Position numbers and translations under genes: made by a program
Assembly: GCF_006345805.1 (NCBI RefSeq)
Contig: NC_043015.1
Span: 49,848,001 to 49,912,000 of the forward strand
Direction: 5' to 3'
DNA: 64,000 bases
From: Octopus sinensis
Lineage: Eukaryota
The notes under the pieces: generated by a model
What the model was told of the DNA's origin: nothing
The model's input: only the letters and a program-made list of their open reading frames with translations
Databases searched by the model: none
Part shown: positions 1 to 12,037 of the stretch, one piece after another
Layout: each line of letters begins with the position of its first letter
Numbering within the stretch: position 1 is the stretch's first letter

Positions 1-160
1 ACACATATATATATACATATATACGACGGGCTTCTTTCAGTTTCCGCCTACCAAATCCACTCACAAGGCTTTGGTTGACCCGAGGCTATAGTAGAAAACA
101 CTTGCCCAAGGTGCCATGCAAGGGGACTGAACCCGGAACCATGTGGTTCGTAAACAAGCT
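1..160 (-). mobile_element. SINE family A (tRNA head, central microsatellite), 5' half, partial
   Basis: Reverse complement of GGTTCCGGGTTCAGTCCC...GGCAAGTGT...GAAAGAAGCCCGTCGTATA, the same as the full copy at 26731-27134. Confidence 0.85.
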
Positions 161-344
161 AAAGGCTGTGTATTTTGACAGAAATGTGATATCAAATGGT
201 TTGCAGTGATCTGAATTAAAACCTAAAATTTCGTATTACTTTATATTTGAGAAAAACACAGCAAAATAACAACAAAGTTATTTTATTAAATTCTTTGTTG
301 TTTTCAAAATTAATTGCAATGTTCTTGAGGAGACCTATTGATTC

Positions 345-712
345 AAGAACATCAACATCAAAATAAAGATTCAAATGGAAATTGTAGTTAAGACACCCAT
401 GCCGGTGACACATAAAAAGCACTGTCCAAACGTGGCAGATGCCAGCGCCACCTGGCTGGCGTCCGTGTCGGTGACACATAAAAGCACCTACCGATCGTGG
501 CCATTTGCCAGCCTGCTCTGGCCCCTGTGCCGGTGGCACGTAAAAAACACCCACTACACTCACGGAGTTGTTCGCGTTAGGAAGGGCATCCAGCTGTAGA
601 AACAATGCCAAATCAGACTAGAGCCTGGTGCAGCCACCATGGCTTCCAGACCCTGGTTGAACCGTCCAACCCATGCTAGCATGGAAAACAGACGTTAAAT
701 GATGATGATGAT
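345..712 (+). mobile_element. RTE-clade LINE 3' UTR fragment with (GAT)n tail
   Basis: GGAAGGGCATCCAGCTGTAGAAAC...GACGTTAAATGATGATGATG; the same UTR is joined to RTE C-terminal coding sequence at 3790-4985 and 61316-61788. Confidence 0.7.
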
Positions 713-840
713 GAAAGGCAGCAGTGTATTCCTTAGAAATATGGTAACAAAAAGCTTAAAGTGATCTAAATTCAAACTTTCCACCGAAATTTCATGTCAG
801 TTTATGTTCCAAACTTCAGCTTAATAATGACAAAATTATA

Positions 841-1265
841 ATAATAATAATAATGAAATTATTGTATACAGTGCTCAGGTGCACCACAACTTGTCAAAAG
901 TGCGTATAAAGAATATGCAGTAATGTACAAATGTCTGGAAAGTGAACAGTGTATGAGTCAGATACATGCATGCTTGTGTATAGAGGGGAGAAAATCAGGT
1001 GTAGTGTTGGCGAATCTCAGGAAGCATGGAAGGTTTGAAGGATGCAGTGCTCCGACAACTAACAACTGATGCCAGCAGTTTGTTCCATACTTCAGCAACT
1101 CTTAGCGTGAAAAAATGTTTCCGAAAGTCATGGGAGCTGTGCTGTTTTCTGACTTTGTAAACATGTCCACTGGTGTTAGACAGATGGAGTTTGAAAAGGT
1201 GCTCAGAGTTATTGTTAGTAAGATAGTTAATAATTTTATGTGTGTCTGTCAAGTCATCATAATTT
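841..1265 (-). mobile_element. CR1-clade LINE 3' end (ORF2 C-terminus, UTR and (ATT)n tail)
   Basis: ORF 995..1339 encodes TSGHVYKVRKQHSSHDFRKHFFTLRVAEVWNKL, a CR1-like C-terminus; same family as 48757-49700. Confidence 0.85.
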
Positions 1266-2257
1266 GTTATTAAATTAATTGAAAGAAAGGCTGTGTATTT
1301 CAGTGGAAATAGGGTCACAAAAGAGTTAAAGTGATTCAAATCAAAACATTCGAAAACTTCATGTTAATTGCTATTAGAGAAAAAATAGCAAAATATTGGT
1401 AAAAGTTATTTTACTAAATTCTTCATAATTTGTTATTAAATTAATAGCAAAATATTATTTAAAAAATAGCAAAATATTGGTTAATTTTTTTTACTAAATT
1501 GTTTGTTATTTTAAAAATTAATTGAAACAATGGCAGTTTATTTTTTAAAAATTTATGGTAACAAAAGGCTTAAACAATAGTTGAGAACTTCGTGGTATTT
1601 CTTTCTAATATACACATTAGTTTATATTTTGAATGGGTTTGGGAATTCTTTCCACATTCAGGTAAATCCTGCCATACCATAACACAGTAACACAAACACC
1701 TAACCAAAACACACACGCATTACTATGCGAACACACCCAGGTATGTATAAAGGCAAACGTTCTAGAATGACTCGACGGAGCACTGACATTTGAATAAAGG
1801 TGACAGGTAAAGGAAATACAAGCAAGAAATAATAGTTATCACCTCAGGAAAAATCGCATTTTTCATTCGATCCACATGGAACATTGTCGCTTCCGTTACA
1901 TTACATTTGCCATTCCATACACAGTGACATCAACAAATACGTCTTGGGTTTTTTTTTTTTTTTTTGTTTTTGATTAATTTTTCACCTAACAGATTAGCTA
2001 GACCTTCAGCACAGGGCCAGCGGATTAAACAAGCAGATTAAACTTGATACCTTAATCCTCTAGCATGCCAGTGATTATCTAATACTTTGTAAAGTACGAC
2101 TCATCCAATTTAGTCATTAATCTATTGGCTTCTGTCCCAATGGCAGACGCATGTTTAATGAGTCAAAAATTACTCTGCTATGGTTTACATGTTCTGTTTA
2201 AATGTTCAAATGCATGGCGCTTTACAATTTGCATTGGAAAATTTTTCAAATCTTTTA

Positions 2258-2259
<2 letters not shown>

Positions 2260-2302
<43 letters not shown>

Positions 2303-2522
2303 TGTATGTATGTATATGTATAGGTATGTATGTATATAAATATATGTGTGTGTGTATATATATATACATATACACACACATATTTATTTATTCTCACACA
2401 CATAAACATATATATACATACATACATACATACATATATTTGAAATCTTTCATCCCATGTGTGTGTGTGCGTGTTTGTGTATCTGTGTGTTGTATATATA
2501 TATCTATGTATCTAAATAAATA

Positions 2523-2568
<46 letters not shown>

Positions 2569-2648
2569 CACCCACACACACACATTTATGTACATATATA
2601 CTTATATATGTTTATATATATATATATTATATATATATATATATATAC

Positions 2649-2713
<65 letters not shown>

Positions 2714-2729
2714 CATATGCATATATATG

Positions 2730-2771
<42 letters not shown>
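2260..2771. repeat. Compound (TA)n/(TATG)n/(TG)n/(CA)n microsatellite
   Basis: Seen directly. Confidence 0.95.
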
Positions 2772-2774
<3 letters not shown>

Positions 2775-2879
2775 CAAAGGTTTTTTCAAATATTCTATGT
2801 ATAAGTCTGTGTGTGTATATATATGTGTTGGTATAAATATCAACACACAAAAATATTTTTTCTTCTCCACTTCCTCCCT

Positions 2880-3170
2880 TATTTTTATTTTTATTTTTTT
2901 ATTTTTATTTTTTATATTTTTATTTATTCTTTATTTTTTTTTTTTATTTTTTATTTTTTTATATTTTATTTTTATTTTTATATTTCTATATTTTTTTTTA
3001 ATTATTTTTTTATTTTCCCTTTTCTCTTTTTGTCTCTCTCCCCTTCCCCAAACACACAGACACAGACACACACACACATACACACACACACACACACGCA
3101 CACACACACACACACACACACGCACACACACATACACACACACACACACACACATACACATACACACATT
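2880..3170. repeat. T-rich low-complexity tract followed by (CA)n
   Basis: Seen directly. Confidence 0.9.
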
Positions 3171-3377
3171 TTTTCTCTGTCTCACTTCCTCCTCACCCAC
3201 TACTACAAAACTATAGAATGTTCAAACTTCCCACAACTGATTTGATTTGAAAAGCCCACTAGAATGGGAGCAAGCGCTAATCCGAAATCCGAATGATATG
3301 ATATGATATATATGTAAAAAATGTAATATATAAATAAATATCTACAAATATGAACCATCTGATCTGATTACCTCAAT

Positions 3378-3384
<7 letters not shown>

Positions 3385-3428
<44 letters not shown>

Positions 3429-3458
3429 GCATATATATGTATATAAATATATATATAT

Positions 3459-3521
<63 letters not shown>

Positions 3522-3545
3522 GTGTGTGTGTGTGTGTGTGTGTAG
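3385..3545. repeat. (TA)n-(TG)n microsatellite
   Basis: Seen directly. Confidence 0.95.
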
Positions 3546-3789
3546 GATTTGTTTGAATTAACGTACTATGATTAACCTGAAGTAAATGGGTTTTTTTCAT
3601 GATGTAATTGCATTGCTCATTGACAAAAAAAAACACATCTGAAACAGCTGAAGTGAACCTTTAAACCATCTGTGTTCTTTACGCGTGTGTGCGCATGTGT
3701 GTGTGTGCATGAGTGCATGTTTGATATAAATAACTGTAAAATATGTGGAGATGAGGAAAAAGTAATGGATGATTTTATCTCTGGCTGCC

Positions 3790-4985
3790 CATCATCATCA
3801 TCATCATCATTTAACATGTGTTGTCCATGCTGGCTTAAGTTGGACGGTTTGACTGGGCTGGCACACTGGAAGGCTGCACCAGACACCAGTATGGTTTGGC
3901 ATGGTTTTGTATGGCTGGATGCCCTTCTTAATGCCAACCATGCTGAGAGTGTAATGGGTGCTTTTATGTGCCACTAGCACAGGTGCCATTTGCATGACAC
4001 CAGGGTGTGTTTATGTGCCACCAGCATGGGTGCCAATTTGCGTGACACTGGTATCTGCCACGACTGCAATTTTGCTCAGCTTGATGGATCTTCTTCCCAA
4101 GTATGACTTAATGCCAAAGGTCTCAGTCATGCCTCCACAAGGCCAAACACTCGAGAGGAACTCAGTCACTTTGCCTCCGCAAGGCCCAGCACTCGAGAGG
4201 AACTCAGCCACTTTGCCTCTGTCAGGCTCAACATTCGTGAGGAACTCAGCCATTTTGCTTTCGTGAGACCCAACACTCAAAAGGAACTCAGTCACTTTGC
4301 CTCCGCAAGGCCCAGCACTCGAGAGGAACTCAGCCACTTTGCCTCTGTCAGGCTCAACATTCATGAGGAACTCAGCCATTTTGCTTTCGTGAGGCCCAAC
4401 ACTCAAAAGGAACTCAGCCACTTTGCCTCCGCAAGGCCCAGCACTTGAGAGGAACTCAGCCACTTTGCCTCCACAAGGCCCAACACTCAAAAGGAACTCA
4501 GCCACTTTGCCTCCGCAAGGCCCAGCACTCGAGAGGAACTCAGCCACTTTGCCTCCACAAGGCCCAACACTCGAGAGGAACTCAGCCACTTCGCCTCTGT
4601 CAGGACCAGCACTTGTGAGGAACTCAGCCACTTAGCCTCCGCAAGGCCCAACACTCGAGATGAACTCAGCCACTTTGCCTCCGCGAGGCCCAGCACTCGA
4701 AAGGAACTCAGCCACTTTGCCTCTGTCAGGCCCAACGTTCAAAAGATGTTCTTTACATACCACCAACATGTGTTCAGTTGGTTGGTGGGTCTTCTCAAAC
4801 ACAGCACATTGCCAAAGGTCTTGGTCACCAGCCATTTCCTCTGAGAAGCTCAAAGTTCAAAGATCATGCTTCACCACCTCATCCCATATCTTGCTGGATC
4901 TACCTCTACCACAGGTTCCCTCCACAGTTAGAGATCAGCACTTCTTTACACAGCTGTGCTCGTCCATACGCACCACACGTCCACT
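3790..4985 (-). mobile_element. RTE-clade LINE 3' fragment (degenerate ORF C-terminus, UTR, (GAT)n tail) carrying an internal minisatellite
   Basis: Minus strand 4980-4770 translates GRVVRMDEHSCVKKC*SLTVEGTCGRGRSSKIWDEVVKHDL*TLS...DLWQCAVFEKT; tail appears as CATCATCAT at 3790. Confidence 0.8.
4136..4744. repeat. 42-bp minisatellite, 14 full units plus a partial unit
   Basis: Unit CGCAAGGCCCAGCACTCGAGAGGAACTCAGCCACTTTGCCTC with variants; unit starts at 4136 and 4682 are 13x42 bp apart. Confidence 0.95.
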
Positions 4986-5049
4986 CTTATTAAAACAAAG
5001 AATTCATTCACAGACATGACAGAGCTGGGACTTACATAGACAAGAAGTT

Positions 5050-5275
5050 ACGTCATCACTATGGAGAGCCAACAGAAAGGGCGATGGTATAAGCATAGAC
5101 AAGGAAAAACAAGAAAAGGTCTTTGAGGATGGTAAAGCAGTCATGCTCTGGGATATGCCAAATGGACAGCCAGGAAGATCAGAAGTACTTCTTGACCAAA
5201 TATTGTTGTCAAGAACCACTAAGGAAAGAAATACCTCCTAACTGATGTATCAGTCCCAACAGATAAAATAAGGAT
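5050..5275 (+). mobile_element. R4/Dong-clade non-LTR element, restriction-like endonuclease region remnant
   Basis: Frameshifted translation WYKH...EKVFEDGKAVMLWDMP...PNIVVKNH*GKKYLLTDVSVPTD matches the RPDIV...IDV REL motif. Confidence 0.7.
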
Positions 5276-5496
5276 TCCAAATTTTGGCACAGGGCCAGGA
5301 GTTTTTCAGGGGAGGAGGAAGATGATGACAACCCCACCTATCCCCACCCCCACTCCACGTTCTTGACTGGTATTCATTGTATCAACCTCAAAAGGATGAA
5401 ACACAAAGTTGACATTGGTGGAACTTAGAACATAAAGCCAGATGAAATGCCGCTAAGCATTTACCTGGCATCCTAACTATTCCGTCAGTTTGCCTT

Positions 5497-5497
5497 C

Positions 5498-5550
<53 letters not shown>

Positions 5551-5709
5551 AAAAATAATAATAGTAATAATAATAGTAATAATAATAGTAATAATAATAA
5601 TAATAATAATATAATAATAATATAATAATAATAATAATATAATGATAATGATAATAAAAATAATAATAGTAATAATAATAGTAATAATAATAGTATAATA
5701 ATAATAATA

Positions 5710-5755
<46 letters not shown>

Positions 5756-5780
5756 AATAATAATAATAGTAATAATAATA

Positions 5781-5811
<31 letters not shown>

Positions 5812-5855
5812 TAGTAATAATAATAGTAATAATAATAATAATAATAGTAATAATA

Positions 5856-5912
<57 letters not shown>
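5497..5912. repeat. Long (TAA)n microsatellite with TAG/TGA variants
   Basis: Seen directly. Confidence 0.95.
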
Positions 5913-5915
<3 letters not shown>

Positions 5916-5929
5916 GTTTCAACTTTTGC

Positions 5930-6130
5930 AACAAGGGCAGCCACTTCAGTGGGAGGGGATAAGTCGAATACATCAACCCCAGTGTGTCACTGGTACTCAT
6001 TTTATTGACCCCGAAAGGATGAAAAATGCAGTCGACTTTGGTGGAATTTGAACTCAAAACATACTGGCAGACAAAATACCTCTGAGCATTTCGTCCGGCG
6101 TGCTAACGATTCCATCAGCTCACCTTCTTA
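5930..6130 (-). mobile_element. SINE family B (tRNA head, GCCTTTCATCCTTTCGGGGTCGATAAA core)
   Basis: Reverse complement of the family seen at 8199, 15772, 17293 and 37080. Confidence 0.75.
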
Positions 6131-6134
6131 ATAA

Positions 6135-6576
6135 TGCATGTCCCTTGGTGGTTGAAAATATATGCATCTCTGATCACGAGCAGAAGTAGTGGGGGAGCAT
6201 CATAGCTGTGTGTTGAGAGGAATTCTTTGGGGTTTGGATAATTCACCTCTGGAAACATGGGTGTTTTATTCAACATCCTTAAACAATCCTTATTCAGGGA
6301 CCTTTTGAGCAGGATGGGCTACTTGACCTGAAGAAAATTCTAACTGGGCCCCACCTACAAGGTCATGCACTGTTTATCTTGATGTAAAATCACCATGTTG
6401 TCCACATATGGTTGTGATGCATGTGCCTAGTTTACCCTTATCAGACAGGTAGTCATGATGGATATATTGGGCTTTGTATCTTTTACCCCAGTATCACTGT
6501 GATGGAATGCACTGCTCTCTTACTCAATAATAATAATAATAATAATAATGATAATAATAATAATAATAATAATAAT
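6135..6576 (+). mobile_element. (TAA)n-tailed non-coding retro-element, 5'-truncated copy
   Basis: Colinear with the minus-strand copy at 10390-10856; ends ...CTCTCTTACTC followed by (AAT)n. Confidence 0.75.
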
Positions 6577-7788
6577 GGTTTCAAATTTTGGTACAAGGCC
6601 AATAAGTTCTGGGGAAGGAGTAAGTCTTTTACGTTGACACCACCCCCACTCCACTTCACCCCACGCACTACATAACTGGTACTTATTTTATCAACCCCAG
6701 AAGGATGAAATGCGAAGTCAGACTTAGTGAAATTTGAACTCAGAATGTAAAGGTGATGAAATGCCTCTAAACATTTCGTCCAGTGAGAAACAAACCCCTA
6801 ACTGTGTGTCAGGGTTTAGGATTTAAAAAGCTTAGCAACTTTTTACCTCACACTTAATCCACTGTTAATCTTCTTTCTATATTTTCATTTTTATTTTTTC
6901 TAATTTTGCCAATCATCTGATCAAACCAAAACAAAAATGCTTACACTTCCATTAGTTTTGTAATTACCGTCTTTGATTCTGGTTCTCTCTGTCTGTCACA
7001 ATTCCTGGCAGAAATGTGAAACTTTTTATTTTTTACTTGTCTTGTGACAAGAATCAAGATCTGGTTTCCAGACACACAAATGAGTCAAAATAGATTATAG
7101 ATTAGCACAAGATATCCCATTGTCTGACGATCTACCAATTCCATTAATCCATACTCAGGATTGGTTCTATATGTATTGACCCCGAAAGGACAAAAATCAA
7201 AATTGATCTTGGTAGGATTTGAACTCAGAGCAAATCCCCTGAAGTATTCAACCCACCACTCTAGCAACTAAGCCAGATTATTACTTGAAAACTCAACTAA
7301 AATAATATAACACACCCAAAATAGTACATTTTTCCAGGAGTGTATGTTCCGGGTGTGCTAGGTATGTGCTGCACTACCATTGAAAATGGCATATTCATTA
7401 TAAATATTAACCTTACTTTAATCACAACCTTATTTTTATAACCTTTCTTTAATCACAAATCTTAATGGGAAACTTTTGTTACACCCCTGCTTGAAATCTG
7501 GTGGCAGTGGGTGTGGCAGCACATCCGGTACAACCACCACCATACGTCACTGCATTTGATGGCATAAAAAAATGTAGGGCCATGTTAGGTGCAGCCCAAT
7601 TTCAGCAGAAGATATTCAGAAAATGAGTATTTAATGCATTAAAGTGTGTTGTAAATGCTCGATTTTGTATATAGGACCCAGGATGGGATTTTGAGACATA
7701 TTTTTGGAAAAAAAAAAGTGTTTTATATGCTATCAAATACCGTATATATAATCATATTATCATTATTATTATTATTATTATTATTATT

Positions 7789-8150
7789 CAGTAGTTTTAT
7801 AACATGCTTTCACTTCACTACCGAGTGCAGCTCTGTGTGTCTTGGGTATGTGCTGTGGTTTGCTCTGATGCTCTTATGGTTACTGTATTGAAGGTGTTTT
7901 GCATAGGATGTGGGCAGTGCCCAGTAGTGCAATTTTCTGTATGTTATATGTGTTTGTAAGTCCTGGTGTTTTTGTTATGTATTTGTCTGAATATTTTTTT
8001 TATCATGCCTAATGCACCTATTATGATAGGAATTGCTTCTGTTTTTAGATTTCACATTCGAGTTACCTCTATTTCCAAGTCTTTGTATTTTGAAAGTTTC
8101 TCCATTTCTTTTAGAGACGCGTTGTCATCTGCTGGTATTGATACATCAAT
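7789..8150 (-). mobile_element. R4/Dong-clade LINE 3' end (REL C-terminus and 3' UTR) flanked by (TAA)n on both sides
   Basis: Minus strand IDVSIPADDNASLKEMEKLSKYKDLEIEVTRM*NLKTEAIPIIIGALGMIKK...NIQKIALLGTAHIL; stop at 7880-7882; TAA tracts at 7756-7788 and 8151-8197. Confidence 0.85.
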
Positions 8151-8198
8151 TTATTACTATCATTATTATTATTATTATTATCATTATTATCATTATTA

Positions 8199-8400
8199 AG
8201 GTGGCGAGCTCACAGAATCGTTAGCACGCCAGGTGAAATGCTAAGCAGTATTTCACCCGTCGCTACGTTCTGAGTTCAAATTCCACCGGGGTCAACTTTA
8301 CTTTTCATCCTTTCAGGGTCGATAAAATAAATACCAGTTGAACACTGGGGTCGATGTAATCGACTCGTTCCCTCCCACCAAAAATTGCTGCAACTGTCTT
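8199..8400 (+). mobile_element. SINE family B
   Basis: GGTGGCGAGCT...A-box-like head, GAGTTCAAATTCC B box, CTTTTCATCCTTTCAGGGTCGATAAA core. Confidence 0.85.
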
Positions 8401-8581
8401 TATCAGGATACATATACATATATATATATATAATCGGTATTGTCAGGAGGAATCGACATAAGCTTAAATAATAAACCGCGATATGGCGAGGGATTACTGT
8501 ATGTATATATAATTGAAGACGAGAGCCTGCTAAAATAGTAGCCAAATCTTCCTCAATTCCTACCCTTCCGTCTTAATATAG

Positions 8582-9007
8582 AGATCTTTTCGGTTTTACC
8601 GGCAGTTTTTTCTAGCGGTGTCATATGAAATTGTCACCCATAATTATGACCCTAGTATCGATCTATTGCATTTCAATCTGTTTTAGGGTTAGGGTTAGGG
8701 GTGAAGGTGGGGGGGAAGGGCATCTTTTTTTCTTCAGAAATGTAAATAAACCCAATCTGTTTCTTAAACGAGAGACATATTCATACGGCCCAGAATGTTT
8801 TTTTTAACTCAATAGACGTTATTGATTGGTTGAAATTGCAGAAATTGAAGAAAAAAACAACAAATATCTTACAAACTATAGAATTTTCTCAATAAAGCCA
8901 AGAGAAAAAGATGTTTTATAAACACATTCTACCAGTATACGAAGTTTAAAAGTGTTTAGTTACGTGGAAATTATTTTAAAAAACTGCCGGTCAAACCGAA
9001 AAGATCC
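8582..9007. mobile_element. MITE with GGATCTTTTC TIRs and 8-bp TSD (Merlin- or hAT-like) containing TTAGGG repeats
   Basis: ~30-bp TIR (G)GATCTTTT(T)CGGTTT..CCGGCAGTTTTTT; TSD TAATATAG at 8574-8581 and 9008-9015; TTAGGG units near 8684-8701. Confidence 0.85.
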
Positions 9008-10192
9008 TAATATAGAAAGAATACTGGCGATAATGCATTCCTACATACCTTTAAACCGACGGAATGATCTGGACTGGAATATCTCCCATCTGACCGATCT
9101 GGGTCAATTAGGGGTTAAAATAACAAGAACAACAGCCAGCATCCTTCTTCCAAATAATGATTTCTTACAAAGACATATCACATATTTACCATAACCCATT
9201 ATTCCATTGAGACATTAAAAAAGGTAATTCGTCCAGTTTTTTTTTTTATAGTTCAAAGAAAAATAAATAACGTTAATTTATATCGCGTTTGTGCTGCTCC
9301 GAAGGGAGATAACTCTTAAGTATTTATGCGGAGTTGCATTTCATGCTTGTATATTACGTTTCTTGTTTGTGTTGAGGAAACTGGCCATATACGGCCAAAA
9401 TAGTTAATCTGTTTTATGTTCAAACTGACCAGATCCAGGCTCTCACACCTACCCTACAATGTTATTCTACATTAAGTAATTACACCATCAAGATCTTGAA
9501 GATATTAGATAATGCATGATTAATTCAAATCAATGGGAATCAATAAGCATTATGTTTGATAGAATAATCTGAACACTAAAGGGTAGATTTACAAAGTCCT
9601 TGGCACTTACCGAATTACATGCGTAGCAATAAATCGTGTTGATACTTTTGTTTGTAAATAGTGCAGCCCATCTGATGATTGATAAGTTATGTCTCATGTG
9701 GCACGTTTGTCGAAAAATGGTGCCTAAATCTGATTTAAGGATTTAGAAAATCTATTTTCTCCTGCCCAGACATATTGAGAATAAAATAGGCCATAACTCG
9801 TTCATACTAATTCTTGATCATATTGAAAAATAAGTTGTCCTTAATTTCGTTAGACACAAATACGATTAATAAAACGAAGTCAACAATAATTTTCTATATT
9901 TTTTGCAAAATTATATTTCTGACTATTTCCATGAAAAATACATTGCTAATTTTATTTAACTTCAGACATCATAAACTCAGAAAGATTGAGAAACACAGCT
10001 GTAATGAGAAGAAAGAAATGCAAGCAAGAAGGAAACTACAGTTACACGTTCAAATTCTACCATTTGCCTTTCATCCTTTCGGGGTCGATAAATTAAGTAC
10101 CATTTGAACCCTTGGGTCAATATAATCAACTTGCCAATTCTTCCAAAATGAATTACCTTGTGCCAGAATCTAAAACCCTTATTATTTATTAC

Positions 10193-10239
<47 letters not shown>

Positions 10240-10249
10240 TATTATTATT

Positions 10250-10375
10250 GGGTGAGAGAGTAGTGCATGCCATCAAAGTGACACTAGGGTAAAACATACG
10301 AAGCCCAGTATACCCATCATGACTACCCGTCTGATAAGGGTACACCAGGTACATGCATAACAACCATATGTGACC
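10250..10375 (-). mobile_element. (TAA)n-tailed element, heavily 5'-truncated copy
   Basis: Only the 3' ~125 bp of the 10390-10856 element; TAA tracts on both sides. Confidence 0.8.
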
Positions 10376-10389
10376 ATTATTATTATTAT

Positions 10390-10856
10390 TGAGTGAGAGA
10401 GCAGTTCATGCCATCAAAGTGACACTGGGGTAAAATATACGAAGCCCAATATACCCATCATGACTACCTGTCTGATAAAGGTACACCAGGCACATGCATC
10501 ACAACCATATGTGTGCGACATGGTGATCTCATATCAAGATAAACAGCACATGACCTTGCAGGTGGGGCCCAGTTAGAATTTTCTTCAGGTTGAGTAGCCC
10601 ATCCCGCTCAAACGGTCCCTGAATAAGGGTTGTTTAAGGATGTTGAAAGAACCACCCATGTTTCCAGAGGTGAACTATTCAAACCCCAAAGAATCCCTCT
10701 CAACACATGGCTATGATGCTCCCCCACTACTTCTGCTCGTGATCAGAGATGCACATATCGTCAGCCACTAAGGGACATGCTCAACTGGTTAAGGTCAAAC
10801 AACTGACAAGCAAATCTGTGGTATTGAGCAGAATATTTGCTGTAGCCCATCTTTTA
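10390..10856 (-). mobile_element. (TAA)n-tailed element, longest copy in the window
   Basis: (TTA)n flanks at 10376-10390 and 10853-10920; colinear with 6135-6530. Confidence 0.8.
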
Positions 10857-11049
10857 TTATTATTATTATATTATTATTATATTATTATTATTATTATTAT
10901 TTGTTTACTATTATTATTATTTCAAGAATTCTGCAGAGGATTCGTGCAGTTTCAAGCAACACTATTTCTCTGCAGATGCTCTACCTTCAGATTTGCCCCT
11001 ATCTGCCCCTAACCCTAACCCTAATTTGCCCCTATCTTTCCACTCCAGT

Positions 11050-11260
11050 GACTGAGCTTGGTACTTATAACTTCCCAAAGCTCCAACAATGCTCACAAAG
11101 TTTTTACCTCTTTATTCACAACCACTATATCCAGTTTTCGATCATGAATTTCTTGTTGACATCCCACAGAATCTTTATCCGGTTATTCTCGATTACTCTT
11201 AGGTTTTGCCAATACCACACCTTTGCTCTATCCAGTCCATGCTTGCCACACCTCCTCCAA
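11050..11260 (-). mobile_element. R4/Dong-clade REL region remnant, internally deleted
   Basis: Minus strand CGKHGLDRAKVWY...VIENNRIKILWD...RKLDIVVVNKE...IVGALG. Confidence 0.7.
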
Positions 11261-11562
11261 TGATTTTCTATGCTTGCATGGGTTAGATGAATATACTATT
11301 GAGGCATTGATTTTCAGTTAGATCCCATTCCTGTTTTAATAAGTAAATGATCTCACACACACATAAACACACTTGTCAGTGTTGGTATGTTCTGCTCGAT
11401 GTGCAGTGTCAGTGTGCATGTGTGACAGGGCATTGGTGTATTGAGAGTGAAGTTGGGCATAAGAGAAATTAGATGCAATGTGCCAGAAAGGAGACTGTGC
11501 TGGTTTGATCTTGTGATACGGATGGCTGAGGACAGTTGCATAAAGAAGTGCTGATCTCTTAA

Positions 11563-11784
11563 CTCTTTCGTTACCATATTTATTTTGAGATGTTCTGTGT
11601 TTATTTCAATTAATTCTAAATATAACAAAGAATTTAGTAAAATAACTTAGTTACCATGAAGATAGTGTTAGGAACATAAATTGTGACTAAGGTTTGGTAG
11701 AAGATTATAATTCAAAACTTATGTAAACAAGACGTTTATACTACAGAGCCAGAGCTGGTTTCAGCCAAGTTGGTATCAAAAGGG
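11563..11784. mobile_element. piggyBac-like MITE (TTAA TSD), copy 1
   Basis: TTAA|CTCTTTCGTTACCA...TGGTATCAAAAGGG|TTAA. Confidence 0.85.
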
Positions 11785-11815
11785 TTAAGAATTGTTTCGC
11801 TATTATATATTTTAA

Positions 11816-12037
11816 GCCTTTTGTTACCATATTTCTGTTGAGATGCTCTGTGTTTCTTTCAATTAATATTAAATATAACAAATAATTTAGTAAAATAACT
11901 TAGTTATCATTCAGCTAGTGTTAGGAACATAAATTGTGACTAAGGTTTGGTGGAAGATTTTTATTCAGAACTTATGAAAACGAGACGTTTATACTACAGA
12001 GCCAGGGTTGGTTTCAGCTGGGTTGGTATTGAAAGGG
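11816..12037. mobile_element. piggyBac-like MITE (TTAA TSD), copy 2
   Basis: TTAA|GCCTTTTGTTACCA...TGGTATTGAAAGGG|TTAA; closely similar to copy 1. Confidence 0.85.

Noticed and set aside
1950-2100. Strong-looking splice acceptor (poly-T...CTAACAG at ~1992)
   Set aside because: All downstream frames stop within about 16 codons and no partner exon is recognisable; cannot be supported without RNA data.
2125-3636. Long ORFs rich in Y/I/C/V/H/T (also at 5485-6057, 18398-19595, 31613-32394, 37858-38587, 40013-40581, 51638-52056, 55620-56229)
   Set aside because: Translations of di-, tri- and tetranucleotide microsatellites that lack stop codons; no protein signal.
4011-4631. 206-aa repeat ORF as a host gene
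   Set aside because: It lies wholly in a minisatellite inside an RTE remnant, with several frames open by periodicity; no splice or promoter evidence.
4136-4744. CRISPR-like array
   Set aside because: The units are contiguous variants of one 42-mer with no unique spacers; the context is eukaryotic and there are no cas genes.
9030-9100. Possible 50-nt minus-strand exon (CCCAG|...AAAG|GTATGT)
   Set aside because: Weak pyrimidine tract and no recognisable protein similarity.
11003-11026. CCCTAA x3 as a telomere remnant
   Set aside because: Too short and not at a terminus; could be chance or a scrap of the TTAGGG-bearing MITE.
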